DNA from: Eukaryota sp. TZLM1-RC
Lineage: Eukaryota > Protista > Metamonada: BaSk clade
Length of the DNA stretch: 64,000 bases
Assembly (NCBI GenBank): GCA_040285825.1
Contig: JAUPSS010000002.1
Coordinates: 124,001 to 188,000 of the forward strand
Reading direction: 5' to 3'
This document shows, in pieces, positions 23,716-35,990 of the stretch. The notes beneath the pieces were generated by a model that was not told where the DNA came from, made no database searches, and saw only the letters and a list, made by a program, of their open reading frames with translations. The stretch's first letter is position 1, and each line of letters starts with the position of its first letter. The position numbers and the translations under genes were made by a program.

Positions 23716-24764
23716 TGTCAAAATTTTTAATGGCCATGATCAGTTTTCACTAGTAATTAACATAGTCAACAAGGACAATGCCTTGTTGATTGTACGAATT
23801 GTACGAATGAATCAGCCTTCGATCGTGCTGAAACTGGTAAACATTTCAACAACAAACGCAGGTGGTAATTTCTACTTTTCGTCTGGTGTTCAATTTACTC
23901 TTCAAACTATTTTTTAAACCGTTTCATTTCTTTTACTCTAATTTCTTCTTTTTTTTCGGTTAATTATTAAATTTTCAATTTTAGATATCTTTCTTGTCTA
24001 TTAAGAGTTAAACTAAAGCCTCGATCAAATATAGGGAGTAATTCTCAATGTAAGATTTTTTTACTTTAATTGCTCATAAATAATTGTGGGCTTCTGTCTT
24101 TTAACAATGAAGATTTTTGTCCAGAGCAACCAATGGTATTATCTGTACTTTGTGACTAATACTTCTTTGCTTAATTTTGGTGACACTGACCTTTTGAGAC
24201 AAATAATGTACCATATGGGGTCAAGAATTATGTTACTATCATTGAATATATTTTCAAAAGATAATAAAACAGAGATCTTACAATCATCAATGCAATAATG
24301 GAATTTTGAATTCAAAACAACTTAAACAGCTTCCGAACAGTAAACTAGAAAAACCTTATGGACTCAACAATACAGAGTACTGAGACTATGAAGCTCGAAA
24401 TGATACATGGCATTTGGTTTTACCAGGGAGTGGGTTCCACATTTGGTGATGTTTTCCTTCCTAAGGAAGTCAAAAAGTTGACAACAAAAATGGACATCAA
24501 TGATGCAAAAATCGGTTGTTTTCATGTCAAATCGTCACTACTGGGTTTTAGTTTTTAGTTTTAGTTTTTGGATTTTCTAAGGTAATGACTGTTTTGTGAC
24601 CAAAAGGTGATGAGGTTTTAAGTTTATTGACGAGTGATACAAACCCAAACTTTTTTTCTAACCTTTCCAAACTTTTATTCTATAAGATTCAACGATGATA
24701 TTGTTGTTGTAAATAAAAAACAACGTATAAAAAGTCAAAAAAAAGTACTATAATAAATGTTTGA

Positions 24765-25895
24765 ATTCAATATCGAAAGATTTGCAGATTGGGAAGATTT
24801 ATTGATGACAACGCAAAGTTCCACTGTTTTTGCTAAAATGAAGAAATTTCAAAAATTAATGCAGAAAATTGGGGTCGATGCTTTCCCCAATCATTCAATG
24901 GCAATATTCCAGAAAAGAATGTTTTAAATTTGAAGTACACTCTTCGAACATTACAGAAACGATTGACTGGAATGTATGAAAAAGATCTTTATAATAATAT
25001 TTGCAGCTCGGCTGTTTTAAATCAAGATCTTCACTCATTGTTATTGGAAAAGGGTGTTTGTGAAAACAAGGTGTCAGATTCTTCACTTTTTGTAACCATT
25101 GTACCACGAAGATTTGGATTGTGTGCTACTAATGAAGCATTTGTAACAAAAATGAGATTATATTTGAACATCCCCATTAACCAACTATTATCAAAAGAAA
25201 AATGTATTTGTTCGAATTCACCTCAACTCACTTTGCGCCATGCTCTAAATTGCTCTAAATTGATAACTTATCGTTCTTCATTACATGATGCTGTTAGAGA
25301 CACTGTTTTCAATATGGCACAAACTGCAAGGATATCGTGTATCAAAGAGCCCCTGCTGAAAGAAACACTTTCTCTGAATAATTTTGGTTCTGATGATAGA
25401 GGTGATGTATACTGTGATTGGATTGATAATTCTGAAGCTATTGTTGACTTTGTCTCATGTAATGTTGCAAACGATACTTTGGTTCACAGAAGAAAACTTA
25501 ATCCTGTAACTGCTCTGGATTTTAAAGCAAAAGAAAAACATAGAAAATATGATAAAGAAATTGAAGATGCAAATATCGATAGAAATACACAGCTGGTTTT
25601 TATTGCTTTTCCATTTTCGATAAATGGAAGATTATCAGTTGAAGCAGAAACTTTTTTGGATGACTTCCAAAAAATGGTGAAAGAAAAAACAATGAAAAGA
25701 TTTGATATTTTTTTATGGCGTTCACGGATTCAATTTGCCATTGTTAATAGATTACCGCGGTTTTTCAATCGAATTAGAGAAGCTTTAGCTAGACAGCAAG
25801 CAAATCAAGATTTTGTAGAGGAAATCTTGGTTTAATGATAGTCGTCCCATTAGTTATGATTTAATTTAATCAAGTGTGCAAATTCAATAAATTAA
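24765..25895 (+). mobile_element. 5'-truncated non-LTR retrotransposon (family C); ORF 24930-25835 encodes zinc knuckle + RLE
   Basis: CIC...HALNC, HDAVRD, RGD...D...KHRKY; AATAAA at about 25886. Confidence 0.87.
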
Positions 25896-26254
25896 CCTTT
25901 ATATCGAAGTTGGAGTATAAATCAAAAATACAGCGAAGGTAAACGTACACTGTATTTTTAATTCCCAAGTAGGTAAGAAAATAAAAAAAAGTAACTAATA
26001 AAAATCTATTAAGCTGATAAATATTGGAGTAATGATTTGAGAGAAATGTTGTATTTGAAGATACCTCTCAACTATGAATAAATTGAATAAAAGATAATGT
26101 TCATAGTTTTGCAAAAGACGGGGCGAATTACCTGAAAGAGCTGCGTAAATAGATTTATACGTACGCAGATTTGAAGTATTGATTTGAGTGGGTGAAATTC
26201 AAAAAGGGAAAGTATGCTTTGTTTTCTCCTGCACTTGTACTGTAACGAAAGGAA

Positions 26255-29200
26255 ATGACACAAGTGCTGCGTGATGTTCTTCGCAAAACCATCGATAAGT
26301 ATTTGGGAACATACGTGGAAGGTCTGGATAAAGATTCGCTCAAACTCTCCGTCTTTTCGGGAAATATCGCTCTCAGCAATCTCACTATCAAACCGGATGC
26401 TCTCAAAGACATACATCCTCTCTTTGCTGTCCGAAGAGGTACTATCGGCAACTTAGAAATCAAACTCTCATGGGCCAAACTTAAGTCAAAGCCAGTTGTT
26501 GTTAACATCAGCGATGTCTTTCTCCTAGTTTCCCCTAAGACTTCCATTGAATTTGGTGCCAATGCTGCTCACAACACTCAATCACAAATGCAACAAGATA
26601 AGCAAACAAAGCTTGATGCCTATGAAACTACCCGTGAATCAGCCCTCAGGAAAGCTGATGGAGAAGTAGAGAAACAAGGTAAGATTGCTGCGTTGATCAC
26701 CCATATCATTAGCAACATTCAGCTCAACTTCTCCAATATTCACTTACGTCTAGAAGATCCTAATCCTTCAATGGGAACACCAATGTCATTTGGAGCCATT
26801 TTGAATGGGATAACCATCTGTAGCACTGGTGAAGATTTTTCGACAAGGGAAATGTCTTCCGCCACAAACAAGCTTTTTAAACTTGTTGATGTTTCTGGAT
26901 TGGGAGTTTATGCTGATGAGCTGTTGTCACGTCACCAATTGACCTCTTCTGAACACTTGTCTAATCCTAATGTATACAGGAAACTTGTACCTACAGTCAC
27001 CAGTGCTTCCCACAATTGGTTAATCGAACCTGCCCACTTGTCTCTGAAAGTTTCCCTCAATAAAGGAGCTGGGCAGAGTGATGGTTGGAGTCAGCCAAAG
27101 ATTAATGCCAGACTTTGTTTTTCTGATGAGAACAATGGACGATTAAAGATTGGACTGGCTGACTGTCAAATTCTTGGGTTATACAGTATTCTTGATTCAA
27201 TGAGCAGGTTCTCAAAAATGGGTCAGAATTTGGAGTTTAGACCTGGAAAAACCGTGACTGAGGCACCTAAGGAGTGGTGGTTGTACGCTATTAATTCTAC
27301 TTTGAAAACTATCAAACAACGTAGAGAAAAAAGGTCTCTTTCAGCTTTGGTTCATAGAAAGGTACTTTCCAGGCAGTATATCGCCCTATTCCAACGTTCA
27401 AGGGATGTTTCTTTTTTGCCTTCTCTATCTTCCAAGGACAAGAAAAGAATTTCTGAAATTGAAGAGGAATTAGGAGTTAACGATCTGTTGTATCTTCGTA
27501 ACAAGGCGGATTCTTTACTGGCCAAACAAATTAAAGAGAGAGAAGAAAAGGGGGAAGCTGTGTCGAGAAGGGCTCAGAAAAAGGATCATAAAATGTCACT
27601 TTTGAGCGCTGAAGAGCAGGAAGAGATTCTGAATTCTCTTGAAGTCAATCAGGGGTTGGCTGAAACTCTTTCATTAGCAGACGTTCCACTTACTTATGTA
27701 CACACCAGGGTTCAGTTGGTGTTCAATGCCATTGAGATTTCACTTAAGAACAGTGATTTTGAACCTCTATTAAATATGGAGTTTAATAATGCAGTGTCCG
27801 GTTTGTCTTTAAGAAGTAACTCCACTAGTGTAATGTTCAAGTTGTGGGATTTTAGGATTTCTGCACCTAAAAACCACCCCAATTTTCAAACTTTGGTGTG
27901 TAAGCAAATTAATTCCAATTCAAAACATTTATTAAAATTCAACCTAACTATTAATCCAGTAGAAACTCCTGGTCTTGACACACTATTAAGCTGTTCTCTG
28001 CAACCATTAAGAATATTTGCTGATTTGCCTACCTTTTTACGTATCGCACACCTATTTTCCCCTCCTCCTGCTGCTGATTTTGGTTATTTTACAAGTGCTA
28101 TTTATTCGGCTTTTGATGATTTGAAATCAAGAGCTGTTTCTGGAGTGCAAAGTGCAATTGATAGCAGAACATCCTTGTCATTGAACTTGGATGTTTCAAC
28201 TCCTTCCATTTTGGTACCCTATTCCATTTTCACTGATGCTGGTGATTTTAATTCTAACGATGGCTTGGAGGTGAAATTGGGTCATTTGAAGGCCTTTATA
28301 GATCCTCATTTGGAATCCAGACAGTCTCTTGTGCATGGTGTCTCTGCCATCTATGACAATGTTTCTCTGAATTTCACTAGCTTATCTGCGGAGCTTGTTA
28401 AGGGTGAGTCCAGGTCAGTGTTGTTTGAAGGACTCGAAGCACAGGGTAAGATCAAGGCTAACATTTCAAAGGAGGACTTGTTCAATCCATTATCTGTGAT
28501 TGAGATGAATGTCACCCCCTTGGTGATTAATATGTCAGAGCAAAGTATTTATGATCTTTTGACATTGATGAACTTTGTAATCAACTCATTAGACCAATTA
28601 TCTCAAGAGTTTCCAAGACCCCCTCCCTCTCCAGAAGTTCCCATAGACCTAAGTCAAGATGAGATTGTGGTGTTGCCCTCACTAAATTTATCAGGGGACG
28701 AATCTGAGTCCAGTGTTACTTCTCTCTCAACTACTAGTTCAATTGTTTTAGAACAAAGTATTTCACAAATTAACTTTGTCTTTGAAGGAATAGAGGTTAT
28801 TTTCTCCACCGAAATTCCTGTTTTACATTTCAATTTATCGACAATCAAAACCAGCATCCTCATTAGAAGGAGGGATATTGGGTTCTCTGCTTCCTTAGCT
28901 GGTTTCAAGTTGACTCAAACAATCCACACGCACTCTCCAGTTAACTTTTTGTCAGTAACGGGATCATTGCCATCTCTTTCTGCTGGCGAATCATTACCTT
29001 CTGAATACACACCTGAAGGACAATTTGCAATTGTTGTGGGGGGTGCTCAGTATCAACCCGGCCATCCCAAGTACACTAGTGAAGATGAAGTTCCTTTGGG
29101 AATGGATGTCAGTGCCAGAGTAGCTCAAATTATGTTTAATTTTGACCCTTTTGCATTGCTTACAGTCATTGAAATAGGTGAACGTGTAGCCAGCAATGCC

Positions 29201-32200
29201 CAGGAGCTTTTGAGTTTTACTCCAACGTCATCACAAGGTCAAAACAAAGGAATAAACACCCAAAGCGAAACAGATATTGTTGGAGAAGACGCTGAACCTC
29301 AACCTTCTTTTGATTCAAAAGTGAATTTCAACTTCCAAATGGATAAGTTCTCTGTGTCCTTGGAAAAATTCCACACAGAAGCTTCAAGTGTGTCACATTT
29401 GTTCTTTACAACGATTTCCCTTAATAAAATCAACGCTACGGGGTTTATTAGTAAGGGCAAAACTTGTGTTTCTTCTCAATTAACTTCCGTTTTTGTCACC
29501 AATCCCCTTAGTTCTTGTTGGCCTTACACAATCAAATCTTTAGTCGGAAAAGATGATGTCATCTTTTCTGTCGATGTTGAGCTCAACGAAACTATTGCCG
29601 ATTCAAAATTTGAAGTTGTTTTTGCACATATTCAGGCATTGTTTTGTGGACCATTTATTGTTTCTTTATTAGATTATTTACATCTTGTATCCACGGAATT
29701 TGCCAAAAGAGCGTCTTCAAATCAACCAAATTCCCAGACTTTATCGGACACTAATCAGAATTCCGAAACTCAATCTTCAGACCAAACTCTAGAAATTCCA
29801 AATATTTCTTTTAAAGTTGCAAATTTTGAGGTAGTTTTGCCAAAGTCCTTGGAGGCTCCAGATTGTCTGTCAATCTCTATTCAAAGGTTTGGTGTGTTTA
29901 GTAAAATTTTCGCTGAACAGGTAACGGAATCCACCATCAAACCTGCTGAAAACATGATTGATCGAGCAGGTGATCCCCAATTGTCCCGTGTTGATGTCAT
30001 TCTTGAAAATTTCACCGTGTCAGCAGGTACGAACATCTGCAATGATGCTAACCTAAATCTTTCCTTGCTTCTTGTTCAATCCAGTAGTAATTCCAACTAT
30101 TTGGGCGTTTGTGTAGATCTTTTGCTTGGAACCAACGATAAAAGTACTTTGGATTTCTCAATAGATCAAACTGCTATTGATGTTTCTATGGGTTCAATTT
30201 TTTACAACACTTCCTACTTATCAAAAGCTCAGTCTCTTGCCACTTCTGAAAAGCCAGATCAACCATCCACTCAATCAAAATCAAATGGTACAACTACACT
30301 TGACTTGGTTTTCAATTTTAATCTGAATATGCTCAACATCTGTTTAGTAAAGGGAACACAAGATTGCTTAATTGGAAGATTGGGATTGGAGAATATGAAG
30401 TTCTCTGTGGATTACGCCACACTCGATGATAGAAGTCAAGTAGTTTCTGCCTCTTTTGGTCTCGGGTCAATTTTGGTTAATGACCGTCGTAGTATTTCTG
30501 ACCCTTGCTTTCAATCAATCACTGCGATCACTGACTATGCTCAAAATTCTGATGCCATCACTATTGATTTTTCACTAAAACAACAACAATTAATTGTTGA
30601 TTTATTACTACGAGGGTGCTATTTCTGTGCTGTTCCTGATTTCTTGGTTGATTTGGTTTGTTGGTTTACTGATGCCATGCCTAATGTTGGTGTTGACATC
30701 CATCCAAACATTGAAGAATTGGAGGAATTGGTCGGTTCAGACAGTCAAGCACGGCCAAATCAACAAGATCAAGACGAAGCTCAATCCAGTCAATCCAGTC
30801 AAGAATCGTCATTGATTGAATCCGCTGTGATTAAAATTAATGGCCGATTAGATCTAGTAATTCCTGATTGCCAATATTACTTTGGATCCGAACTAGAATG
30901 CTCAAATGCTTTAGTTTTGTCTTTAACACCTAAAATTATCACTAATATCAACTTGTTACCAAACCTGTCAGTCACATCAATGATCTCATTTGACGCTGTT
31001 GATGTTACCGCTGTAGAACTGCCACGTAGTAATGACAAGGCGGTTGTTTTCATTTTGGACTCGATTTCTAAGAGAATTGAGCCTCAAATTGGAATATATA
31101 GATCGATTGTAACCCAAATGTTTATCTCCTCAACTGTTAGCTTTAAAACGGTTTCTCTCACAGATGAATCATTTTCCCAGGTGCTGAATGTTGACTCTGA
31201 ATTTGGCAATTTATCATTTTGTATTTCTTACAATGACATTAGAGTTTGTTCATTTGTTCTCAATCATTTATTAGAAGTGTTTAATGAACAACAGCCACGT
31301 TTGACGCAACAAAGACAGGGTCAATCAAATAGCCAATCATTCGATGTTTCTGACTCAGAAACCACCAATCACACAGACTCTGAATCAAACCTCATCATTA
31401 CTGCTTCTGTTACCATGCCCAATACCTCCCTTGTACTCACTGACGATTCAGCTTCTCAGACAGGGTTGCCATTAGCTAAGTTCTCATTTACGGGGCTTTC
31501 CACTGAATTTGTTTCTAAACAAAACGCTAAAAATATTGTTGTTGACTTTGGATTTGAAGGTTGGTTATGGAACGATACAATAACGAATTATGATTGCTTT
31601 ATCGAACCATTCCTTTGCAGTTCCACCTACTCAATTATCCAGGAATCTTCTTCTAAACAATCTATATTGGGCTCTCTTACTATTGACAAGGGAGTAGAGC
31701 TTGTTGTCTCTGCTCCTGCGCTTAATACAGTGAGTTCAATTATCCCCACTATTGTCTCCAATTGGTCAGCTCCCTTGTCCAAAACCAGCGTTCACTTAGA
31801 TTTTGCCCCAGTTTGGGTGGTCAACTATACTGGTTGCTCTTTGGCGGTCACTACCCACGTTCCTGTTTCAAATTTGGATGACGTTTGCCATCAAAATTCT
31901 GACCCAATCAATGTTTTGATTGAGCACAACTCTAGAAGAGGGTTTTCAGTAACCCCAAACACACAGATTCAAATTTTCATTGATGATATTTTAGTAACCT
32001 CTTTCTGTCAATCAGAATTGACATGTCCACGTGTTGCCACCTCTGCACTAGGCGAAGTTCTTGTTTCTACTGAGTTTAGGAATCGCTCTTGTTTCATCAC
32101 TATCTCGGGAGTCAGTTTTGTTGACAACTTTACCGACATTCCTTTCTTTGTGTTTCCATCAGAAAATACAAGACTTTTGTCCAAACCTGGTTCTCGAGTT

Positions 32201-35200
32201 TTTATGCCAATCCATAAGCCCAATTCCCATTATTATGTCAAACCTCAATCCGACTGCTATGGTAATTCACAACCATTAGACTATTCCAAATCTTGCCTAG
32301 CAGAGTGCCAAACACAGACCAATATTACTGAAGAAGATCTTACTGGGCCTTCACCTGGTTTGTTCAAGGTTTGTTGTATTCACGAATCAATTTGTGAAAC
32401 CAATAAGAATTTATTAGGAAACAAGATTGTGTTGAAGCCACCATTTACATTGGCGAATTCATTACCTTACAACTTGGAAGTTCTACTGACCCATGCAAGG
32501 GAAGAGTGTTCTACAAAATCAACATTCACAATTACCCTAACTCCACTTGAAGTGATTGCTCTTTACCATGTGGACCCAAGATCAGTGTTGGGAGCTTCGG
32601 TACGTCCTGATGATAAAATTTATGGTTGGTCAAGAGTCACTTCCTTATGTAATTCCTTTGGGAAAACGTCCAAAAACTTAACACACTTAATCGTTCCAGT
32701 CACCCAGGATGATACACGAGAGGGTAGTGGGTCTGCTTCTGATTTGGCTCTGTTGTGTGAGATCACTGGTCAAGGAAAGTCTCATTGTTCTTTGATTGAA
32801 GAGACCAAAAATACGTTCACCCCACTAAATTTCAAATTTTGGGTTCCTCTGATTGTGTCAAACCATTCGAGTCAACCTATTGCCATTTTTCCTTCATCTA
32901 CCTCCCAGAAGAAATGCCCAGTGTTGGTTTGCAGATCATCATCCCTACCTATATTGTTTTCTCCTATTCAATTAGCTGATAAACTTGAATCAAAGTCTGA
33001 TTCCTTGGCAAAAATTAAGATTGGAACCCCCGGATCATCTTTATCTCCAGAACTTTCTCCTCTTCCTTCTGCCTCGATTGACACCATGGTAAGAGATGGT
33101 CAATGTGTGCATCATTTTGCATTGTCATCACCTACTAGTGTTGAGTTTTTTGGTAAATCCTTTGTTGAAGGTGCCAAACCTTTGGTTGCTGGTGGTGGAA
33201 GGTTCTCAAAGACCACATCCATAAAGGGAATGCTTTGTGGTGTATATGACCGGTTTGTTATCAGAAACGAACTTCCAAATGTTGTTCATCTCTCTGTTGC
33301 TGCAAAAGATATTATCTCTCTTCCTTCCAAGATCCCTGCAATGTCCAGAACTAGTTTAAATCCCAACACCACCCTTTGTCATAAGTCAATGCATGAAGAT
33401 ATTTGGGGATTTGTTGTACTCTCAGTTGAAGGGTACAGAGATTCAGTACCATTTTGTATTTGGGAGCCTGCTGAGTTCACCATTAACCTACTTTGTGATT
33501 CTGGAAGTGATTCCTTATTCATTGATGTGTTTATTGAAGTTGTTGGTGCCCAAGTCTATGTTTCAATTGGTCCTTCAAATGCAGCACATCCACCCTTCAA
33601 AATTATTAATAATTCATTTGAAACAATAGATGTTATTCAGGTTTGCTCCTTCTCAAACTCTGACCCTCTCTTTAAATGTCACCCTAACTTACTGAATATT
33701 ACCAATGTCTCTTTAGTGTTAGCTCCATCTGAAGAAGCTCCTTTTGCTTTTCCTGTTCCTTTTCATTCAAATACTATTCAATTAAGGGGTCTGGAAAGTA
33801 AATCCAAGGTTGTAATCAGGAAGAACAGACTTGGAATATTTAACTCAGATGAAAGGGATCAAAATGGGATCATTTGCCACGTCGACACTGACGGTCCTAC
33901 ACGTGTTCTCTCTGTCTTTACTGCATCATCAGACAAAGGTCAAAAATTGTCTGACAAGTTGAATTTTTGTGAATTTGATCCTGATCTTGTCAATGTTGTC
34001 GATACTCCTTTATCTGCAGGAACGACTGTTTCATTTCAAGTCAATGTACCTGCTTTTGGTATTTCATTTATTTCAAGTTTTCCTTCTGAAATTGGTTATT
34101 TTGGAATTCGTGGGATCAATGTGGAAGCTGAATCTTCAAATTCTATCATTGCAATTGAATCTTCCATTGCCCAGGTTCAGCTACTTGATCATTTGCCAAA
34201 AAGTATTTTTCCAATTGTTTTTGATGTTTCTCCTCAAGGAACGTGTCCATCGGTCGAGTTTAGAGTTCAAATCAATCAATCACATGAAGGAGTTACATGT
34301 TTTGATTATGTTGGGTTACATGTTCAGCCAATCACTTTATCGATATCTGATCGATTTTTCACTCAATTTTTGCGCACATTCTCGTCTCTATTCGATCCTC
34401 AATTAGCTGATGTTTTCATGCCCAAACCTGTATTAATCTCACCTGAATCCATCTCAAACTTTTTGAAACCAAAAGAACCTGAGCTGACAACCGGAAAAGC
34501 AAATAGAGTGTATATTGGTAAGTTAGAATTGGAGCCTTTATTAGTCTCTCTTTCTACCGAACTTTCTCCATTACTGCTAGGCACTGGTCCACGAGTGGGT
34601 AGAGCTTTGATATCAACAGCTGGTTCGTTGTCGCAGGTTGAGCTCAAGTTCCCTTCTTTACATTTGAAGTATGTGTTTGAAATACCTTCAGTTATTGTTA
34701 ACAAAATGATTGAGCATTACAAGCAGGCTGGGATTCGTGAAGGGTACAAGATTCTCGGCTGCTCGAATATGATTGGTGCACCATATGCACTGTTTAACCA
34801 TTTGGGAACTGGACTGAAAAGTCTCTATTACGAACCTCGTCAAGGAGCTCTATCACATTCTCCATTGAGAACTGTTCAAGGTGTTGGCACTGGTATAGCT
34901 TCTGCTGCCAAACACACTTGGCAAGGGGCATTTGGTGTTGTGTCTTCGCTTACAGGCTCAATTGCTCGTCTTTCTGCTGGTCTCTCTATGGATGACTGTT
35001 TTGTTCAAAAACAAGGTACAGCAAGACCATCTAATGTTGGGCAAGGTCTTGTGCAAGGAACCCGTGGTCTAGGCCAGGGTGTTTGGTCTGGAGTCTCTGG
35101 ACTTGTTACCCAACCTGTTTCTGGTGCTAAGAAGGGAGGTGGCATTGGTGGTTTTGCCAAGGGATTCGGGAAGGGAGTTGTTGGGCTGGTTGCAAAACCT

Positions 35201-35650
35201 GTCTCTGGAATTGGTTCCTTTGCTTCTAATTTATCTGAAGGTCTTAAACAGCAGGTAGATGCTAGTGAATCTAGTGTAATGAGATTACCAAGACATACTA
35301 GGAAAGGGCATCCAGTTGAACCCTTTTCTCATATATTGTCTGGACATCAGAGTTACTTGAGGACTTTGCAGAGCGGCAAGTATTCATCTCACGATTTAAT
35401 TGACGTTTTTCCCACTAAGCAAGGTTCGTTAATTGTTTCTAGTGGGCATGTGCTAAATCTGGACGAAAAACAAAAGGTTAAATGGAGAGTTCAATTATCT
35501 GATCTTGTCAGTCTCAATGTTGAAGGTTGTCATTTAAGTCTTCGTAAAGCTCAAGATAAGACCAAGTATAGTGTTGGTTTTTCATCTGCTGAGGTTGTGG
35601 AAGGTGTAACAAATATTTTGACTCAGGAGAGCTCTGTTAGAAGATTATAG
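26255..35650 (+). CDS. VPS13: VPS13 bridge-like lipid transfer protein (3131 aa)
   Basis: N-terminal chorein domain (YLGTYVEGLD...L.LSVFSGNI.L.NL.IK, LEIKLSWAKL), EWWLYAI, C-terminal GLVTQPVSGAKKGG..GF.KGFGKGVVGLVAKP repeats and a PH-like end. Confidence 0.93.
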   Translation: MTQVLRDVLRKTIDKYLGTYVEGLDKDSLKLSVFSGNIALSNLTIKPDALKDIHPLFAVRRGTIGNLEIKLSWAKLKSKPVVVNISDVFLLVSPKTSIEFGANAAHNTQSQMQQDKQTKLDAYETTRESALRKADGEVEKQGKIAALITHIISNIQLNFSNIHLRLEDPNPSMGTPMSFGAILNGITICSTGEDFSTREMSSATNKLFKLVDVSGLGVYADELLSRHQLTSSEHLSNPNVYRKLVPTVTSASHNWLIEPAHLSLKVSLNKGAGQSDGWSQPKINARLCFSDENNGRLKIGLADCQILGLYSILDSMSRFSKMGQNLEFRPGKTVTEAPKEWWLYAINSTLKTIKQRREKRSLSALVHRKVLSRQYIALFQRSRDVSFLPSLSSKDKKRISEIEEELGVNDLLYLRNKADSLLAKQIKEREEKGEAVSRRAQKKDHKMSLLSAEEQEEILNSLEVNQGLAETLSLADVPLTYVHTRVQLVFNAIEISLKNSDFEPLLNMEFNNAVSGLSLRSNSTSVMFKLWDFRISAPKNHPNFQTLVCKQINSNSKHLLKFNLTINPVETPGLDTLLSCSLQPLRIFADLPTFLRIAHLFSPPPAADFGYFTSAIYSAFDDLKSRAVSGVQSAIDSRTSLSLNLDVSTPSILVPYSIFTDAGDFNSNDGLEVKLGHLKAFIDPHLESRQSLVHGVSAIYDNVSLNFTSLSAELVKGESRSVLFEGLEAQGKIKANISKEDLFNPLSVIEMNVTPLVINMSEQSIYDLLTLMNFVINSLDQLSQEFPRPPPSPEVPIDLSQDEIVVLPSLNLSGDESESSVTSLSTTSSIVLEQSISQINFVFEGIEVIFSTEIPVLHFNLSTIKTSILIRRRDIGFSASLAGFKLTQTIHTHSPVNFLSVTGSLPSLSAGESLPSEYTPEGQFAIVVGGAQYQPGHPKYTSEDEVPLGMDVSARVAQIMFNFDPFALLTVIEIGERVASNAQELLSFTPTSSQGQNKGINTQSETDIVGEDAEPQPSFDSKVNFNFQMDKFSVSLEKFHTEASSVSHLFFTTISLNKINATGFISKGKTCVSSQLTSVFVTNPLSSCWPYTIKSLVGKDDVIFSVDVELNETIADSKFEVVFAHIQALFCGPFIVSLLDYLHLVSTEFAKRASSNQPNSQTLSDTNQNSETQSSDQTLEIPNISFKVANFEVVLPKSLEAPDCLSISIQRFGVFSKIFAEQVTESTIKPAENMIDRAGDPQLSRVDVILENFTVSAGTNICNDANLNLSLLLVQSSSNSNYLGVCVDLLLGTNDKSTLDFSIDQTAIDVSMGSIFYNTSYLSKAQSLATSEKPDQPSTQSKSNGTTTLDLVFNFNLNMLNICLVKGTQDCLIGRLGLENMKFSVDYATLDDRSQVVSASFGLGSILVNDRRSISDPCFQSITAITDYAQNSDAITIDFSLKQQQLIVDLLLRGCYFCAVPDFLVDLVCWFTDAMPNVGVDIHPNIEELEELVGSDSQARPNQQDQDEAQSSQSSQESSLIESAVIKINGRLDLVIPDCQYYFGSELECSNALVLSLTPKIITNINLLPNLSVTSMISFDAVDVTAVELPRSNDKAVVFILDSISKRIEPQIGIYRSIVTQMFISSTVSFKTVSLTDESFSQVLNVDSEFGNLSFCISYNDIRVCSFVLNHLLEVFNEQQPRLTQQRQGQSNSQSFDVSDSETTNHTDSESNLIITASVTMPNTSLVLTDDSASQTGLPLAKFSFTGLSTEFVSKQNAKNIVVDFGFEGWLWNDTITNYDCFIEPFLCSSTYSIIQESSSKQSILGSLTIDKGVELVVSAPALNTVSSIIPTIVSNWSAPLSKTSVHLDFAPVWVVNYTGCSLAVTTHVPVSNLDDVCHQNSDPINVLIEHNSRRGFSVTPNTQIQIFIDDILVTSFCQSELTCPRVATSALGEVLVSTEFRNRSCFITISGVSFVDNFTDIPFFVFPSENTRLLSKPGSRVFMPIHKPNSHYYVKPQSDCYGNSQPLDYSKSCLAECQTQTNITEEDLTGPSPGLFKVCCIHESICETNKNLLGNKIVLKPPFTLANSLPYNLEVLLTHAREECSTKSTFTITLTPLEVIALYHVDPRSVLGASVRPDDKIYGWSRVTSLCNSFGKTSKNLTHLIVPVTQDDTREGSGSASDLALLCEITGQGKSHCSLIEETKNTFTPLNFKFWVPLIVSNHSSQPIAIFPSSTSQKKCPVLVCRSSSLPILFSPIQLADKLESKSDSLAKIKIGTPGSSLSPELSPLPSASIDTMVRDGQCVHHFALSSPTSVEFFGKSFVEGAKPLVAGGGRFSKTTSIKGMLCGVYDRFVIRNELPNVVHLSVAAKDIISLPSKIPAMSRTSLNPNTTLCHKSMHEDIWGFVVLSVEGYRDSVPFCIWEPAEFTINLLCDSGSDSLFIDVFIEVVGAQVYVSIGPSNAAHPPFKIINNSFETIDVIQVCSFSNSDPLFKCHPNLLNITNVSLVLAPSEEAPFAFPVPFHSNTIQLRGLESKSKVVIRKNRLGIFNSDERDQNGIICHVDTDGPTRVLSVFTASSDKGQKLSDKLNFCEFDPDLVNVVDTPLSAGTTVSFQVNVPAFGISFISSFPSEIGYFGIRGINVEAESSNSIIAIESSIAQVQLLDHLPKSIFPIVFDVSPQGTCPSVEFRVQINQSHEGVTCFDYVGLHVQPITLSISDRFFTQFLRTFSSLFDPQLADVFMPKPVLISPESISNFLKPKEPELTTGKANRVYIGKLELEPLLVSLSTELSPLLLGTGPRVGRALISTAGSLSQVELKFPSLHLKYVFEIPSVIVNKMIEHYKQAGIREGYKILGCSNMIGAPYALFNHLGTGLKSLYYEPRQGALSHSPLRTVQGVGTGIASAAKHTWQGAFGVVSSLTGSIARLSAGLSMDDCFVQKQGTARPSNVGQGLVQGTRGLGQGVWSGVSGLVTQPVSGAKKGGGIGGFAKGFGKGVVGLVAKPVSGIGSFASNLSEGLKQQVDASESSVMRLPRHTRKGHPVEPFSHILSGHQSYLRTLQSGKYSSHDLIDVFPTKQGSLIVSSGHVLNLDEKQKVKWRVQLSDLVSLNVEGCHLSLRKAQDKTKYSVGFSSAEVVEGVTNILTQESSVRRL

Positions 35651-35990
35651 CATTGGATTATTTGTGATGTCATTGTGTTGGTTGTAAATAAAAGTTAATG
35701 GATGATTTTTTATGGTTTTACTTGCAGTCCTTCAATTGTTATTTACTACTGTGACAAAAGTTAAAGCTGAGCAAAATATGGTAATTGCGCCATTGAACAT
35801 TGTTAAGAGAACTAACAGAGTTTGCTTACAATATTTACTTAGAATGCGTACTAATTGGTATAAGTTCTTGTGCAGAAAGAGCAACATTGCATTCAACTGA
35901 TCAGAATTGTTCAAGGTCAATCATGTCACATCAATGTCTGTCCTCCTTCTCTTCCTCAAAATATGACAGCATGTTCTATTACACTTCCAC

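Noticed and set aside
23720-24760. Short ORFs between the OB-fold gene and the LINE
   Set aside because: No recognisable motifs; AT-rich, probably decayed sequence.
26072-35920. Numerous small overlapping or antisense ORFs within VPS13 (and likewise within other long genes)
   Set aside because: Shadow ORFs of long coding sequences with no independent evidence.
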